Below the pieces are notes generated by a model. That model was not told the DNA's origin and ran no database searches. It was given only the letters and a program-made list of their open reading frames with translations. From positions 46 to 64,045 of the forward strand of contig JBEKUS010000004.1 in NCBI GenBank assembly GCA_049514795.1: a DNA stretch of 64,000 nucleotides, read 5' to 3'. Below, piece after piece: positions 1 to 9,401 of the stretch. The translations under genes and the position numbers were made by a program. This stretch comes from Terracidiphilus sp. GTDB lineage: Bacteria > Acidobacteriota > Terriglobia > Terriglobales > Acidobacteriaceae. Within the stretch, counting starts at the first letter, position 1, and each line of letters begins with the position of its first letter.

Positions 1-2
1 TC

Positions 3-134
3 ACCGACCACCGCATCGGCCTCACCCTGCATCAGCTCGATCTGGTGATGCAGGGCCGCCTGCAGCCCATCGTCGACGCCCTCATCCTCCACTACCAGGC
101 CGAGCAACTCAAGGGCGAAGCCCAGCCCGCGTAA
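3..134 (+). CDS. prfA: Peptide chain release factor 1, C-terminal 43 codons (gene starts upstream of window)
   Basis: Open from window edge in frame 3. Translates [43 protein letters not shown], matching the conserved RF1 tail (DHRI.LTL..LD.VM.G.L...I..L). TAA at 132-134. Confidence 0.75.
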   Translation, partial: TDHRIGLTLHQLDLVMQGRLQPIVDALILHYQAEQLKGEAQPA

Positions 135-168
135 GGGACCTTACACCCCGCCTCATCAAGCGGGCGAT

Positions 169-202
169 CCCATCCTTCGCGCAAAAGCGCGCAAGGATGG
201 GG
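169..202. repeat. REP-like hairpin, copy 1 (CCCATCCTT-CGCGC aaaa GCGCGCAAGGATGGGG)
   Basis: About 14-bp stem with one bulge and a 4-nt loop, directly after the prfA stop. Shares the core CGCG(N)AA(A)GGATGGG with elements at 27520-27577 and 46556-46586. Confidence 0.6.
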
Positions 203-329
203 TGCCCTCGGTGATGAAGCCTAGAAAAGAGAGCCTAGGGCGGGACCCGGCGACCAGCAGCTAAAACGCGTGTTCGGGACCGGATTCAAGCGTGCACCCC
301 ACCCCCCTTATTCCTCGTGGTTTCGGATG

Positions 330-1073
330 CTATCCAACGTTGTCCACGTCGGCGTGACGCATCTGAAGCGGTTTATAGAATGCCGTGTAATCATTGCAGA
401 TGATGAGCCGGACGTCTGAATCCGGCGCACTTGCCAGATACCCGTCAATTTGCTGGAAGTACGCCTCCTTGCATTCTGCGAGGAAATCATCAAAAACAAT
501 GTTCAGGTAGACAAGGTGCTTTGCCTCGCGGCTAGGATCATGGGCCAACAATTGTTGTTTGGCCACGCTAACGGTTGCGCTCAGTTTCCCTAGGAACTGG
601 GGTGCGAGTTTCATGGGCAGTGATCGGACCGTCGGAGGACTCGTCCGCGCTGCAACTTCGTCATCGGAGATGTTGATCGTTTTAACCTCGCAAAAGAAGC
701 GATCCCCAAAACGTGTCCCCTCCAAATCTGGGGTAGGTTTCCTTGCTCTCGGAATGAAGCGGACAGCCGTACAACCGATTGATTTCAGGTATCTATAGGC
801 CCGCGCCTCGTTAAGGATGTCGAAAAGCTGCTGCCACCCGCGGCCACTATCCCGATTTCCGAGATACGGAACGATTTCCTCTTTCAGATGCGCCCAAGCC
901 GAAGCGTCAAGTTCTTGCAGTGTTCGCTCAAGTCGTGAGTACACTTCCCGGACATGAGTTGAATTGAGGAGGGTCTCATCAAAATTCTGAAAGTAGGCGT
1001 CCGGAGATGTCGGATCAGCAATGCAATCCTTCAATCCATAGAGCCGGGGATACTCCGCCCTGAAGCTCTTCAT
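330..1073 (-). CDS. Hypothetical protein with PD-(D/E)xK nuclease-like motif
   Basis: 247-aa ORF in an AT-richer stretch (27/60 GC hand-counted at 361-420). Has ..KTPDLEG-x12-CEVKT.. (PD ... ExK spacing typical of restriction-endonuclease-like fold), preceded by the helix NEARAYRYL. Confidence 0.6.
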   Translation of the reverse strand: MKSFRAEYPRLYGLKDCIADPTSPDAYFQNFDETLLNSTHVREVYSRLERTLQELDASAWAHLKEEIVPYLGNRDSGRGWQQLFDILNEARAYRYLKSIGCTAVRFIPRARKPTPDLEGTRFGDRFFCEVKTINISDDEVAARTSPPTVRSLPMKLAPQFLGKLSATVSVAKQQLLAHDPSREAKHLVYLNIVFDDFLAECKEAYFQQIDGYLASAPDSDVRLIICNDYTAFYKPLQMRHADVDNVG

Positions 1074-1137
1074 GGGTCACTGCCTTTCGCATCCGTTTTG
1101 TGCGTGTTCCGCCATAGCAGCGATTGAAGGCGAGGTC

Positions 1138-1743
1138 TCACCGAGAGGGTTCGGATTCTTGAACACCCAACGTGCAAATATGTGGGAACTTGCTGCAATC
1201 GTGTACATGCTTCTGTTCAGTTTTCAGGGCGTCCAATAGTTGCCCCTCCGTCTTCCTGCCAGATGCTTTGTCGCGCAGATATCCCATCGACCAACCCAGC
1301 GAAATGATCTGATTCACCGAGTCTGAGTAGAAGCTATCCAAGTCTTTCACAGTCACTTTGTTGTAATCAGCTGTGTCAGCAACTGAACTGCAAACGTAGA
1401 CCGCCTGTGTCATTGCTTTAAGAGAAGGGTCTTTGTCCTCGGCCAATTGCTGGCGCAAAACCTCGCATGTAATTCCTGCGAGTTGGTTGGCCTGGCGCAT
1501 CGCTTCTTGAAAGCCATCCAAAAATGCCGCCTTTTCGTTCTCATTCATGAAGCTCCACCACCCACCGAAGTTCCCAAATGCACGTGCGGTCGTTTTCTGT
1601 TCGTATGGCCAGTCTTGAGGATTGTTGTCACCGTTAGCGAGTATCCGAGATTGAGCCGAGGCGCGACCAATGAGTGTTGCTGCGAGAATGTATAAGCAAG
1701 TGACACCTTTCCAATGTCCGAAGCAGGCAACTTTGATAGACAT
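1138..1743 (-). CDS. Secreted hypothetical protein (N-terminal signal peptide)
   Basis: 201-aa ORF in the same AT-richer stretch, 64 nt upstream of the 330-1073 gene on the same strand. Hydrophobic N-terminus ..CLYILAATLIGRASAQS. No family recognised. Confidence 0.55.
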   Translation of the reverse strand: MSIKVACFGHWKGVTCLYILAATLIGRASAQSRILANGDNNPQDWPYEQKTTARAFGNFGGWWSFMNENEKAAFLDGFQEAMRQANQLAGITCEVLRQQLAEDKDPSLKAMTQAVYVCSSVADTADYNKVTVKDLDSFYSDSVNQIISLGWSMGYLRDKASGRKTEGQLLDALKTEQKHVHDCSKFPHICTLGVQESEPSR

Positions 1744-1889
1744 TTATCTTGCTCCTGGTTGCAACCAATTGTGATTTCAGTATGATAGCTCCATAACTGC
1801 TTGCCGAGCAAGGCATTCTGTCGCCAAGTTCCCCAAGTCACGATTATAAGTAGAGGCAAAGCGCCGCTCGGACGATGAGTTCCTGAAAA

Positions 1890-3047
1890 TCAGACAAACA
1901 GTACCCGCATCGGCGCTTCGACCTGCACGCTGCTCTTCACCTCATCCGCCAGCTCGCCCGTCGCCGGATCGCGCGCAAACACGCTGATCTGGTTCGAATC
2001 CTGGTTGGCCACCAGCATCCACCGCTCCGTGGGATCGAGCGTGAAATTCCGCGGCGTCTTCCCGCCGCAGTTCGACCGTTTCATCGGCGTCAGTCTGCCC
2101 GACGCCTGGTCAGCCTTGAACGCGAAAAGAAAGTTGTCGTCGCGGTTGGCGAAGTAGACGAAGCGCCCGTCGCGCGTGACTACCGTGTCGCAGCCGCGCG
2201 TCGGGCCTTTGTAGCCGGACGGCAGCAGTTCGATGCGGTCGACAAGCGTCAGGCTGCCGTCGGCCTTGTGCCAATCCAGCACGTCCACCGTCGACACCAG
2301 CTCGTTCATCGAGTAGGCCGTATGCCGGTTCGGATGGAAGTGCAGGGTGCGCGGCCCCGAGCCGGGCGCCGCGCGATAGGTCCCCGCCGACGTCATTTGC
2401 GCCGTGGCCGAATCAGCTCTGTAGATGTGAATGCAATCGCCGCCCAGGTCGTTGATGTAGGCGAACCGGTTGTCCGGCGAGAAGGACGCAAAGTGCGCGT
2501 GCGCTTTCTCCTGACGGTCAGCATTCGGCCCGTGTTCCGTGTAGTGCCCGGTCCATACGGCCTCGCTCAACTTGCCGGCATCAATGCGGAAGCTGGCCGC
2601 GCTCGCGCCGGTATAGTCGGCGGCGAGCAGCATTCTGCCCGTTGCATCCACCGCCACGTGACACGTTCCCGTTCCGGCCGAGTTCCGCGCCGAAACCGGC
2701 TCCAATTCGCCGTCCACAACGCGAAAGCTCGCCACTTCGCCGGTCGGCTTGCCCTCGAACGTGTCCAGCTCCGACGCCGAATAGACGAAGCCCTCGGAAA
2801 GCGCCAGCCACGCTACCTTCGGCACCTTCGCCGCCACGCCCGCCGGCGTCAGCGTCGCTGTTTCCGGATCCCAGTCGTACTTGAGAATCCCGTCGGGCGC
2901 AAGCGAACCCACAAACACCCGTTTGCGTCGAGCCTGCGCTGGCGCAGCAGCCCGGAGAAGCCGCGGAACGGCAATGGTCCCAAACAAAGCGGCCGAAGCG
3001 CCGCCAAGAAACTTGCGTCGAGCAACTCGTCTCATAGCAGAAGCCAT
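1890..3047 (-). CDS. Lactonase family beta-propeller protein (6-phosphogluconolactonase-like, COG2706 type) with twin-arginine signal
   Basis: Motifs HFHPNRHTAYSMNEL and LVANQDSNQISVFARDPATGEL are typical of the 7-bladed lactonase family. N-terminus RRKFLGGASAALFG is Tat-like. Start placed at an internal ATG (3047; 3035 also possible). Confidence 0.7.
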   Translation of the reverse strand: MASAMRRVARRKFLGGASAALFGTIAVPRLLRAAAPAQARRKRVFVGSLAPDGILKYDWDPETATLTPAGVAAKVPKVAWLALSEGFVYSASELDTFEGKPTGEVASFRVVDGELEPVSARNSAGTGTCHVAVDATGRMLLAADYTGASAASFRIDAGKLSEAVWTGHYTEHGPNADRQEKAHAHFASFSPDNRFAYINDLGGDCIHIYRADSATAQMTSAGTYRAAPGSGPRTLHFHPNRHTAYSMNELVSTVDVLDWHKADGSLTLVDRIELLPSGYKGPTRGCDTVVTRDGRFVYFANRDDNFLFAFKADQASGRLTPMKRSNCGGKTPRNFTLDPTERWMLVANQDSNQISVFARDPATGELADEVKSSVQVEAPMRVLFV

Positions 3048-3182
3048 TTTCGCCGACTTCGGGCGCTGCACACCACTCGCGGCGCTGCGAATCGACAACT
3101 GCTCGCCGTCTGCTCATGGGCCCGCCCCTATTCCGCCTCCCGCTTCCCTGCGCCGCATTAGACTTGACCCGGAGAGGAGTTC

Positions 3183-3728
3183 GTGTCGCACATCATCAGT
3201 TTTGTTCGCATTCCCGCGCTGGCCATCCGCCAGGCCATCCGTCCGCTGCCCCCGCTCGGGATTCTCGAGGAAGACACCCTGCGCATGCGCGTGCTGCCGA
3301 ACGACATCGACCTCAACCTGCACATGAACAATGCGCGCTTCCTCAGCGCCATGGACTACGCGCGCACGCACTTCCTGGCCCGCACCCGGCTGCTCGATCA
3401 CATCATCCGCTCGCGCTGGCAGCCGCTGGTCGGCGCCGCCTGGGTCACTTATCGCCGCTCCCTGCCGCTGTTTTGCCGTTTCACGCTCAATTCACGCATG
3501 GTCTGCTGGGACGAGAAGTGGTTCTACATCGAGCAAACGTTCTGCCGCCGCGGCGAAACGGCCGCCGTCGGGTGGGTGAAAGGGATCCTGCGCGATGCGC
3601 ATGGCAGTGTCGATCCGCAGAGTGCCATCGAAGGCGTTGCGCCCGGCGTGGTAAGCCCGCCCATGCCCGAACCCATTGCGGCATGGAACGAGCTGACGCG
3701 CGAGAAGCTGCAGGCGAGCGCCGTCTGA
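3183..3728 (+). CDS. Acyl-CoA thioesterase, hotdog fold (thioesterase-like superfamily)
   Basis: 181 aa. Has VLPNDIDLNLHMNNARFLSAMDYAR... and WFYIEQTF, typical of 4HBT/THEM-like thioesterases. GGAGAGGAG Shine-Dalgarno before the GTG start. Confidence 0.65.
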   Translation: MSHIISFVRIPALAIRQAIRPLPPLGILEEDTLRMRVLPNDIDLNLHMNNARFLSAMDYARTHFLARTRLLDHIIRSRWQPLVGAAWVTYRRSLPLFCRFTLNSRMVCWDEKWFYIEQTFCRRGETAAVGWVKGILRDAHGSVDPQSAIEGVAPGVVSPPMPEPIAAWNELTREKLQASAV

Positions 3729-3787
3729 CCTGTCCGCGCGTCTGGCCCTGCGCGTTCAAGCCGCACCGCCCGCCCGCAGCGCCGACA

Positions 3788-4495
3788 TCAATTCAGCGTG
3801 AATTCAACGCTCACCGTGGTCTCCACCTCCACCGGCTGGCCATTCAGCAGGTAGGGCCGGTAGCGCCACTGGCTTACGGCGTCCCTGGCGGCCTGTTGCA
3901 GCATGGGCGGTCCGCTCAGCACGCGCAGGTTCTCGATGGTCCCGTTGCGCGAGATCGTGGCCTCCAGCACCACGGTCCCGCTCAGGCGAATCGCCAACGG
4001 GATCGCCGGATATTTCGGGACGACCTTGTGGATCAGCATTCCCGCCATCACGCCCGAGGATATGTGTTTCGCCCCCTCGACGGCCTGACGCACGTCGGGA
4101 TGCGTGCCGGCGTGGGAGAACGGGTTGCCCGGCCCGCTGCCAGGTCCACCACCGCTCAAGGCGACGACTGTGTCGCGCGTTGGGGCCTCCGGCGCATTGG
4201 GAATATAGGGATGTTTTGGAATCTGCGATGGCGCCGTGAGAACCCCGGTCTGAAACTCTCGCTGCGAAGCCGGCGCTTGTTCCGGCTGCGCGGCCGGCTT
4301 CGGTTCTTCAACCGGAGTCGCCGGCGCAACCATCAGAATCGTCTCAGCCAACTTCGGCAGCGCTTCAGGGTAGATAAGCGGGATGAGGATCAGCGCCAGC
4401 AGGATGGAGCTGTTCAGCCCAAACGTCGCAATCATCCACCACCGGCTGCGCGTGTGGATCTTGCCCACGGATTCGAACGTGGAGTCTTCAAACAT
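3788..4495 (-). CDS. tonB: Energy transducer TonB
   Basis: N-terminal MFEDSTFES..TM helix, Pro-rich linker (PVEEPKPAAQPEQAP) and TonB C-terminal domain (VVPKYPAIPLAIRLSGTVVLEATISRNGTIENLRVLSGPP..A..AV.QWRYRP). Confidence 0.8.
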   Translation of the reverse strand: MFEDSTFESVGKIHTRSRWWMIATFGLNSSILLALILIPLIYPEALPKLAETILMVAPATPVEEPKPAAQPEQAPASQREFQTGVLTAPSQIPKHPYIPNAPEAPTRDTVVALSGGGPGSGPGNPFSHAGTHPDVRQAVEGAKHISSGVMAGMLIHKVVPKYPAIPLAIRLSGTVVLEATISRNGTIENLRVLSGPPMLQQAARDAVSQWRYRPYLLNGQPVEVETTVSVEFTLN

Positions 4496-4646
4496 AGCCG
4501 CCCCCCAAACTTCCATTCAGTCGCGCCGGATGGGAGGCGGCAGGGTCGAGTGGGCGCAAGCATCCGGCCGCTCCACGCGCGGCCTGCGCTGGGGAGCGGG
4601 GGTGAGCGGAATCAGAGCAGATGCATCCGGCAGCCACAATCATCGA

Positions 4647-4673
4647 GTGGCTCTCTCCCCAAGAGAGAGCCAC
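4647..4673. other. Perfect 10-bp stem hairpin (GTGGCTCTCT ccccaag AGAGAGCCAC) in the 335-nt GT39/tonB spacer
   Basis: Read directly from sequence. No adjacent T-run on either strand, so its role (terminator versus 5'-UTR structure of tonB) is open. Confidence 0.4.
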
Positions 4674-4850
4674 CTTGAAGCTCGTCTTCATCCGGACCTT
4701 CGCTCTGATTCCGCCTTAACGGCCCTCCGATCATCCCTTTCGGTGCCACTGTGCTTGTGTAGACACCGCGCCCTCGCGGACTGTTCCCGCAATCACCGGA
4801 ATTATTTCTCACCATCGAATCGGGGAGTGCTTCTGTTCCGCGCAGCCGGC

Positions 4851-6452
4851 TCAGCGGCTCTCGACTTCCCGCTCCAGCCGCGCTTCGACCGGGCGGTTGA
4901 AGCGGATGAGCGCGACCCACATGCCTTCGTCGTCGCGCTTCCACACGAGAGTCCCGCCCAGTTGCTGCGCGATCGCCTCGGGCGGCAGATCGTGATGCAA
5001 GCCGAAATAGCGCTCATCCATCGCCTCGCCGCCGAGCTTGAGCAGCGGTGACGATGGATCGTACTTGGTCGAGAACACCAGCGCCGCCGAATACGCTTCC
5101 GGCTCCTCGGCGGCACGGGCGATCTGCGCGGGCGAGAAATCGTCGATGGCGACGACATCCCACGGCTTCTTCACGTAACCCAGTTCCGGCCGCTTCAGTT
5201 CGTCGCTCATCGGCCAGGCCGTGAGCACAGCCGCGTCGGGATAGAGTTTCGCCAACTGCGCGATTCCCGATTGGTGCATCCTCACCACGTGCGCGTAGGC
5301 CAGGTTATCCTCCGGAGCGAACCCGTACGGCGGGTTGATGAAGAGGCCCGCCACGAAGCCCGCTGCCGAGATCAGCGCCAGTCCGTGCCAGTACGGCACG
5401 CGGCGGTAAAAGGCCGTCACGGCCACCAGCAGCACAAGCGGGTACATGGGCAACAGGTACCGCGTGAGCAATGCTCCGCCCAGCACGCTGAAGAGCGCCG
5501 CATTGGCGAGGAGCAGCAGGAAGATGCGCCGCATCACCGGCCGCGCGATCGTCGCGCGGTCGTGGCCTTCCGAATCGGGGCGTGGCTTCAGCAGCAGCGC
5601 CGCAAATGCCATCCCCACCGGCACAAACAGGTTCATGTGCAGGGTCAGGTGAGCCACGCGATGCAGAAACGCAGCCGCGATCCGCAACGGCGTCATCGTG
5701 GCTTCGGCGTTGTAGCGCAGCCACTCCGGATCGCCAAAGAGGAACCCGGTCTTGGCGTAGTGGTAGGCGAGCCAGCCCGCAAGCGGAACGACGCAGCTTG
5801 AGAGCCAGGCCGCCTCACGCCATAACCGGACCCGCGACGCCGCGCTCGCAAAGAAGCTTTCCGCCACATTCACCGCAGCCAGCGTCAACGGAATAACGAT
5901 CGCGGTTTCCTTGCACAACGCCGAGGCGGAGAACCATAGTGCGGCATGCCAGGGTGCGCGGCCGCGCGCGGGCAGCGCGTAGACCAACCCCCACAGCGAG
6001 CAGGCGGCCGCAAAAATGTCGGCATGGGCCAGCGAGCTCTGCGCAAACCAGATGGGATAAAGGCCGGTCAGCAGCACCGTCCAGAAAGCCACCGAGGTCA
6101 CGCCTACCAGGCGCATCGCCAGCCGCCAGACGGCGAGCAGCCCCAGCGCCGCCGCCATCAGCACGGCCTCGCGTGTCACCTCGGGAAAATAGCCGCTGAC
6201 CTTCCACCACAGCGCAAGATAGATGCTCGGCAGGGGCGGATGCGCGATGGAGTACGTCGAGGTGGGGATCAGCGATCCGGTGCGGAGAAAGTCCCACGCC
6301 GCCGGGATGTAGTAACCGGCCTCGTCCCAGTAATAAGGAAGGCGCAGCAGGGTGAAGTGCGTCGCATACAGCGCCGCAAATACCACCGGGAAGATCATCC
6401 AGAGCGGTAGTGGCCGGTCCATCCGTGGATTCAGGATTCTGTTCAGCCGCAC
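4851..6452 (-). CDS. Glycosyltransferase family 39 (ArnT/PMT-like) integral membrane protein
   Basis: 533 aa and multi-TM. The N-terminal LPYYWDEAGYYIPAAWDF loop motif is typical of GT39/GT83 lipid-linked sugar transferases. Confidence 0.65.
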   Translation of the reverse strand: MRLNRILNPRMDRPLPLWMIFPVVFAALYATHFTLLRLPYYWDEAGYYIPAAWDFLRTGSLIPTSTYSIAHPPLPSIYLALWWKVSGYFPEVTREAVLMAAALGLLAVWRLAMRLVGVTSVAFWTVLLTGLYPIWFAQSSLAHADIFAAACSLWGLVYALPARGRAPWHAALWFSASALCKETAIVIPLTLAAVNVAESFFASAASRVRLWREAAWLSSCVVPLAGWLAYHYAKTGFLFGDPEWLRYNAEATMTPLRIAAAFLHRVAHLTLHMNLFVPVGMAFAALLLKPRPDSEGHDRATIARPVMRRIFLLLLANAALFSVLGGALLTRYLLPMYPLVLLVAVTAFYRRVPYWHGLALISAAGFVAGLFINPPYGFAPEDNLAYAHVVRMHQSGIAQLAKLYPDAAVLTAWPMSDELKRPELGYVKKPWDVVAIDDFSPAQIARAAEEPEAYSAALVFSTKYDPSSPLLKLGGEAMDERYFGLHHDLPPEAIAQQLGGTLVWKRDDEGMWVALIRFNRPVEARLEREVESR

Positions 6453-6647
6453 GGGCTAGCTCCCTCGCCGCCAATGATCCCCTCTCCGCGGCAAATCGCC
6501 AACCCGGTTCTTCCGTTCTGCACCGCGCTCACTGTTTTCTCTCCACTACCGAATCTGACACCGGCGTCATGCTCAATGTTCCCAGAGCCGCCTCGCGACT
6601 GAACCCCGCCCCTACTTCCTATTCCCGACTCTCTGCTCGCTGTCTTT

Positions 6648-8081
6648 TCAGAAGTCCGTATGAAAGCGCACGGCCGAGACTGCCACCGGTCCCCGCGCCT
6701 GGTTGTACCCGGGATTGTCGATGTGCTGGAAGTCGTAGGAGGCGAAGAAGCCGCGCCACAGATGTACGGTATAGAACCCTTCGAATATCTTCTCCCGGCC
6801 GTAGGTCAGGGCGCCATCGCCGAGCAGGACGCCGAGTCCGCCCAAGGCCAGATACTGCTGATGCACCGCCACGATTCCGTTCACAACAAACGCCGCGCCG
6901 GCGCGATCGTCGTCGCGCCGCCACGCGCTGCCCATTGCAACTCCGCCGATCTGCACCGTCCGGTCGTCTTCGGTGTAGCAAAACGACTCGTTGTGTCCAT
7001 CGCTCCAGCCCAACCGCCCGAACACCCCCACCTGCGGAGCGATCTCCTGCTCGGCGTTCAGCCCGATGCCGTAGCGATGCCGTCCTTGCTGGCGCGTCGC
7101 AACAATGTCCGGCGTCGCCGTCTTGCCCGCCTGAAACTCCGCAATTGTCTCGCGATAATTCCCCATGTCGGCGTGATTCAAGTAGCTCAGCAACCGCACC
7201 GCGCCATCGCGATGGAAGACATGCTTGCCCCGCATTTCCAATTCCAGATTCTCCGCGCGCGCCCTCGCCAGGTCGGCATCCAGATGAGATCCGTTCGCGA
7301 CCTTCGGCATCAGCGCCTCGGCAAAGCGCGCCGACCACGATCGATCGTCGTACTCGAGGATCGCGCCGTCGGTGTAGCCGCGCGTGTTCGCCGCCACGTC
7401 ATACGCGCCGTCGTTGTCCACCGTCCAGTTCAGGAACTGCAGGTTGCTGTCTGAACCGTAGGTATTCACGTCGAAGAAGTCGGTCAGGTCGAACTTGCCC
7501 ACGCGAAACTCCAACCGCCGCGCGGGGAGCGAAGTAGCCAGATCCAGTTCGTCGCGCTCCGCATCCACCCGCTCCTTCGTCAGCGGAACGATCTGCCGCA
7601 GCATGAGTTGCGCCAAGTACGGCGCTTTCGACAGCGGGGTGCCCACGACCAGGCGCACCGAATCCAGGTTGACGTAGCCAGCCATGCCGCTCGCGTTCCC
7701 GATGCCGTTCCCGGTCGCATCTTCGATGTCGGCAAAGACTTCGGTATTCCGCGTAAGCTCGTAACCGGTGTAGAGCGTCAGCAGGTGCGTGGTTGCCGAC
7801 TGCCCCCAGTTGGCCAGGCTGTTCGGCCCGCTGTACCTCGCCGGGAATGCCCCGTGACCCTGCAAGACGACGTTCGCCTGGCCTGAAATCCAGTAGCGAC
7901 CCGTCCGGGTATGCGGAAACAGTGTCTCGGAATCGCCCGAGTCCGCGCTCCCGGCGCCTAATCCCTTGCTTGCTGCCTGGGCGGGTCGCGCCTGCCCAGC
8001 CGCCTGTCTCGCGCAAAAGCACCCTGCGGCGATTGCGCCGCAGAGAATCGGCCATGCCATGAGTTGGAGGAGCCGCCGCAT
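6648..8081 (-). CDS. Outer-membrane beta-barrel porin (carbohydrate-selective OprB-like)
   Basis: 477 aa with a signal peptide (MRRLLQLMAWPILCGAIAAG), alternating beta-strand pattern and an aromatic C-terminus (..VRFHTDF). Family assignment is by resemblance only. Confidence 0.5.
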   Translation of the reverse strand: MRRLLQLMAWPILCGAIAAGCFCARQAAGQARPAQAASKGLGAGSADSGDSETLFPHTRTGRYWISGQANVVLQGHGAFPARYSGPNSLANWGQSATTHLLTLYTGYELTRNTEVFADIEDATGNGIGNASGMAGYVNLDSVRLVVGTPLSKAPYLAQLMLRQIVPLTKERVDAERDELDLATSLPARRLEFRVGKFDLTDFFDVNTYGSDSNLQFLNWTVDNDGAYDVAANTRGYTDGAILEYDDRSWSARFAEALMPKVANGSHLDADLARARAENLELEMRGKHVFHRDGAVRLLSYLNHADMGNYRETIAEFQAGKTATPDIVATRQQGRHRYGIGLNAEQEIAPQVGVFGRLGWSDGHNESFCYTEDDRTVQIGGVAMGSAWRRDDDRAGAAFVVNGIVAVHQQYLALGGLGVLLGDGALTYGREKIFEGFYTVHLWRGFFASYDFQHIDNPGYNQARGPVAVSAVRFHTDF

Positions 8082-8253
8082 ACGTTCCGGAACGGGGCGC
8101 TTCAGTTGACCTTCCCGTTATGGGTTCTAGTAGATCATCCGGCCGCCCGTTTCGTCGCTCCGGCGGCGATGAGCCCGGTCCCTCGCGCCATGCACGCCTC
8201 GAACCGGCGCACTCGCGGCCCGCTGGACCGGGGGCGTCCTTTGCTTCTTCAAG

Positions 8254-9138
8254 CTACTTCTGGTTGGCATGCGCTTCGGGCGCCTGTCCCGGCTGCTGGC
8301 CGTTGTTGGTGATCTCCTGCCCGTTGTAGAAGACCTTTGTCGTCGACCCGAATCGCTTGTAGTCGCTGTACTTGATCGTCTGGCGCAGGTGCACATCGTT
8401 GGCCATGTAGCCGTAGCCGCCGGAGAAGTGCAGCAGCCCCTCGCCCTTGCTGTACACCGGGAACCAGTAGCGTCCGTCGATCTGCTGCCGCCACGTCATG
8501 AACGGCGGGTGCAGGTCCTCGTGGTTCTTCCGCGTGTCGTCCGGCACCATCCGTCCGTTGGTCACCACGATCTGCAGGTCGGCCGCGTCAACCCACACGC
8601 GCCCAAGAAAATAGCGCTTGTTCTTCGCGATGGTCTTGGGACCGATGTCGAAAGCATAGCAATCCAGGTCGTCTACCTTCTGCCGGCCAACATATTTGAC
8701 GTCGTACTCCGGAAGTTCCTCCGTCGTGAGCACGAAGGAGTAGCCGCGCTGAAGGTCCTGCAAGTCCGAAGGCGAGATCATGATCTGCTGCAGCGTGCTC
8801 GCCGGCGCGTAGACGACCTTCTCCATCCGGGCGCCGCTGGGATCGAAGACCACGTCGTCCACCTCGTACCACTCGCCGCTGACCTTGTTTTCTTCGTTCA
8901 GTTCCTGCACTCGCGCCACACGGCGGTAGGTGTAATGGTGATACGCCTCCTCGAATTCCGATTCCTTGGCGGTAAAGTCCTTGACGATCTGCTCCACGGA
9001 AATGGGGGGGGGCGTCAGCTCCATGCGCCCAAAGCCGGAATCGAGCGGCATGGGGGTTAACGTATCCCTGTCCTGTCCCGCAGCCGTCAATGCGCAGCCC
9101 ACGGCTGCCAGTACCACAACCCAGTATCGAATCGCCAC
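8254..9138 (-). CDS. Secreted hypothetical protein (LolA/outer-membrane lipoprotein-sorting-like fold suspected)
   Basis: 294 aa with signal peptide MAIRYWVVVLAAVGCALTAAG. The segment KRYFLGRVWVDAADLQIVV resembles the lipoprotein-sorting/DUF1571-type family. Confidence 0.5.
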   Translation of the reverse strand: MAIRYWVVVLAAVGCALTAAGQDRDTLTPMPLDSGFGRMELTPPPISVEQIVKDFTAKESEFEEAYHHYTYRRVARVQELNEENKVSGEWYEVDDVVFDPSGARMEKVVYAPASTLQQIMISPSDLQDLQRGYSFVLTTEELPEYDVKYVGRQKVDDLDCYAFDIGPKTIAKNKRYFLGRVWVDAADLQIVVTNGRMVPDDTRKNHEDLHPPFMTWRQQIDGRYWFPVYSKGEGLLHFSGGYGYMANDVHLRQTIKYSDYKRFGSTTKVFYNGQEITNNGQQPGQAPEAHANQK

Positions 9139-9401
9139 CGAAGTTCGCCTCCTAGCGCCGCGCCCGGATGGGGCCCTTGGGGACCCGGGTTTTCCGCCAA
9201 ACGCTCATCTCTCTGCAACTTTAGACGGATTCACACAGCTCTGGGAAGACCTCAATCTAAGCTCGGAACGCCCTCTTATGGCGCGAGTGGGGAGACATGC
9301 AGATGCGCGAGCCGCGTTCGCCGTTTTGCGGACACGTGGCCGGATTCGCGAATCGTCGCAGCCGCACCTTGCGTCGATAGGAAGCGCGACTCGCGGTCTT
9401 C

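Noticed and set aside
3116-4678. Very long alternative-frame and antisense ORFs. Examples: 3116-4678 (+), 9276-10496 (-), 11425-12720 (-), 19129-20703 (-), 29135-30937 (-), 39882-41297 (+), 48135-49427 (+), 54617-55987 (+).
   Set aside because: They overlap genes with clear conserved motifs on the other strand or frame. Their translations are Arg/Ala/Pro/Gly-rich low-complexity strings typical of stop-codon-poor shadow frames in high-GC DNA.
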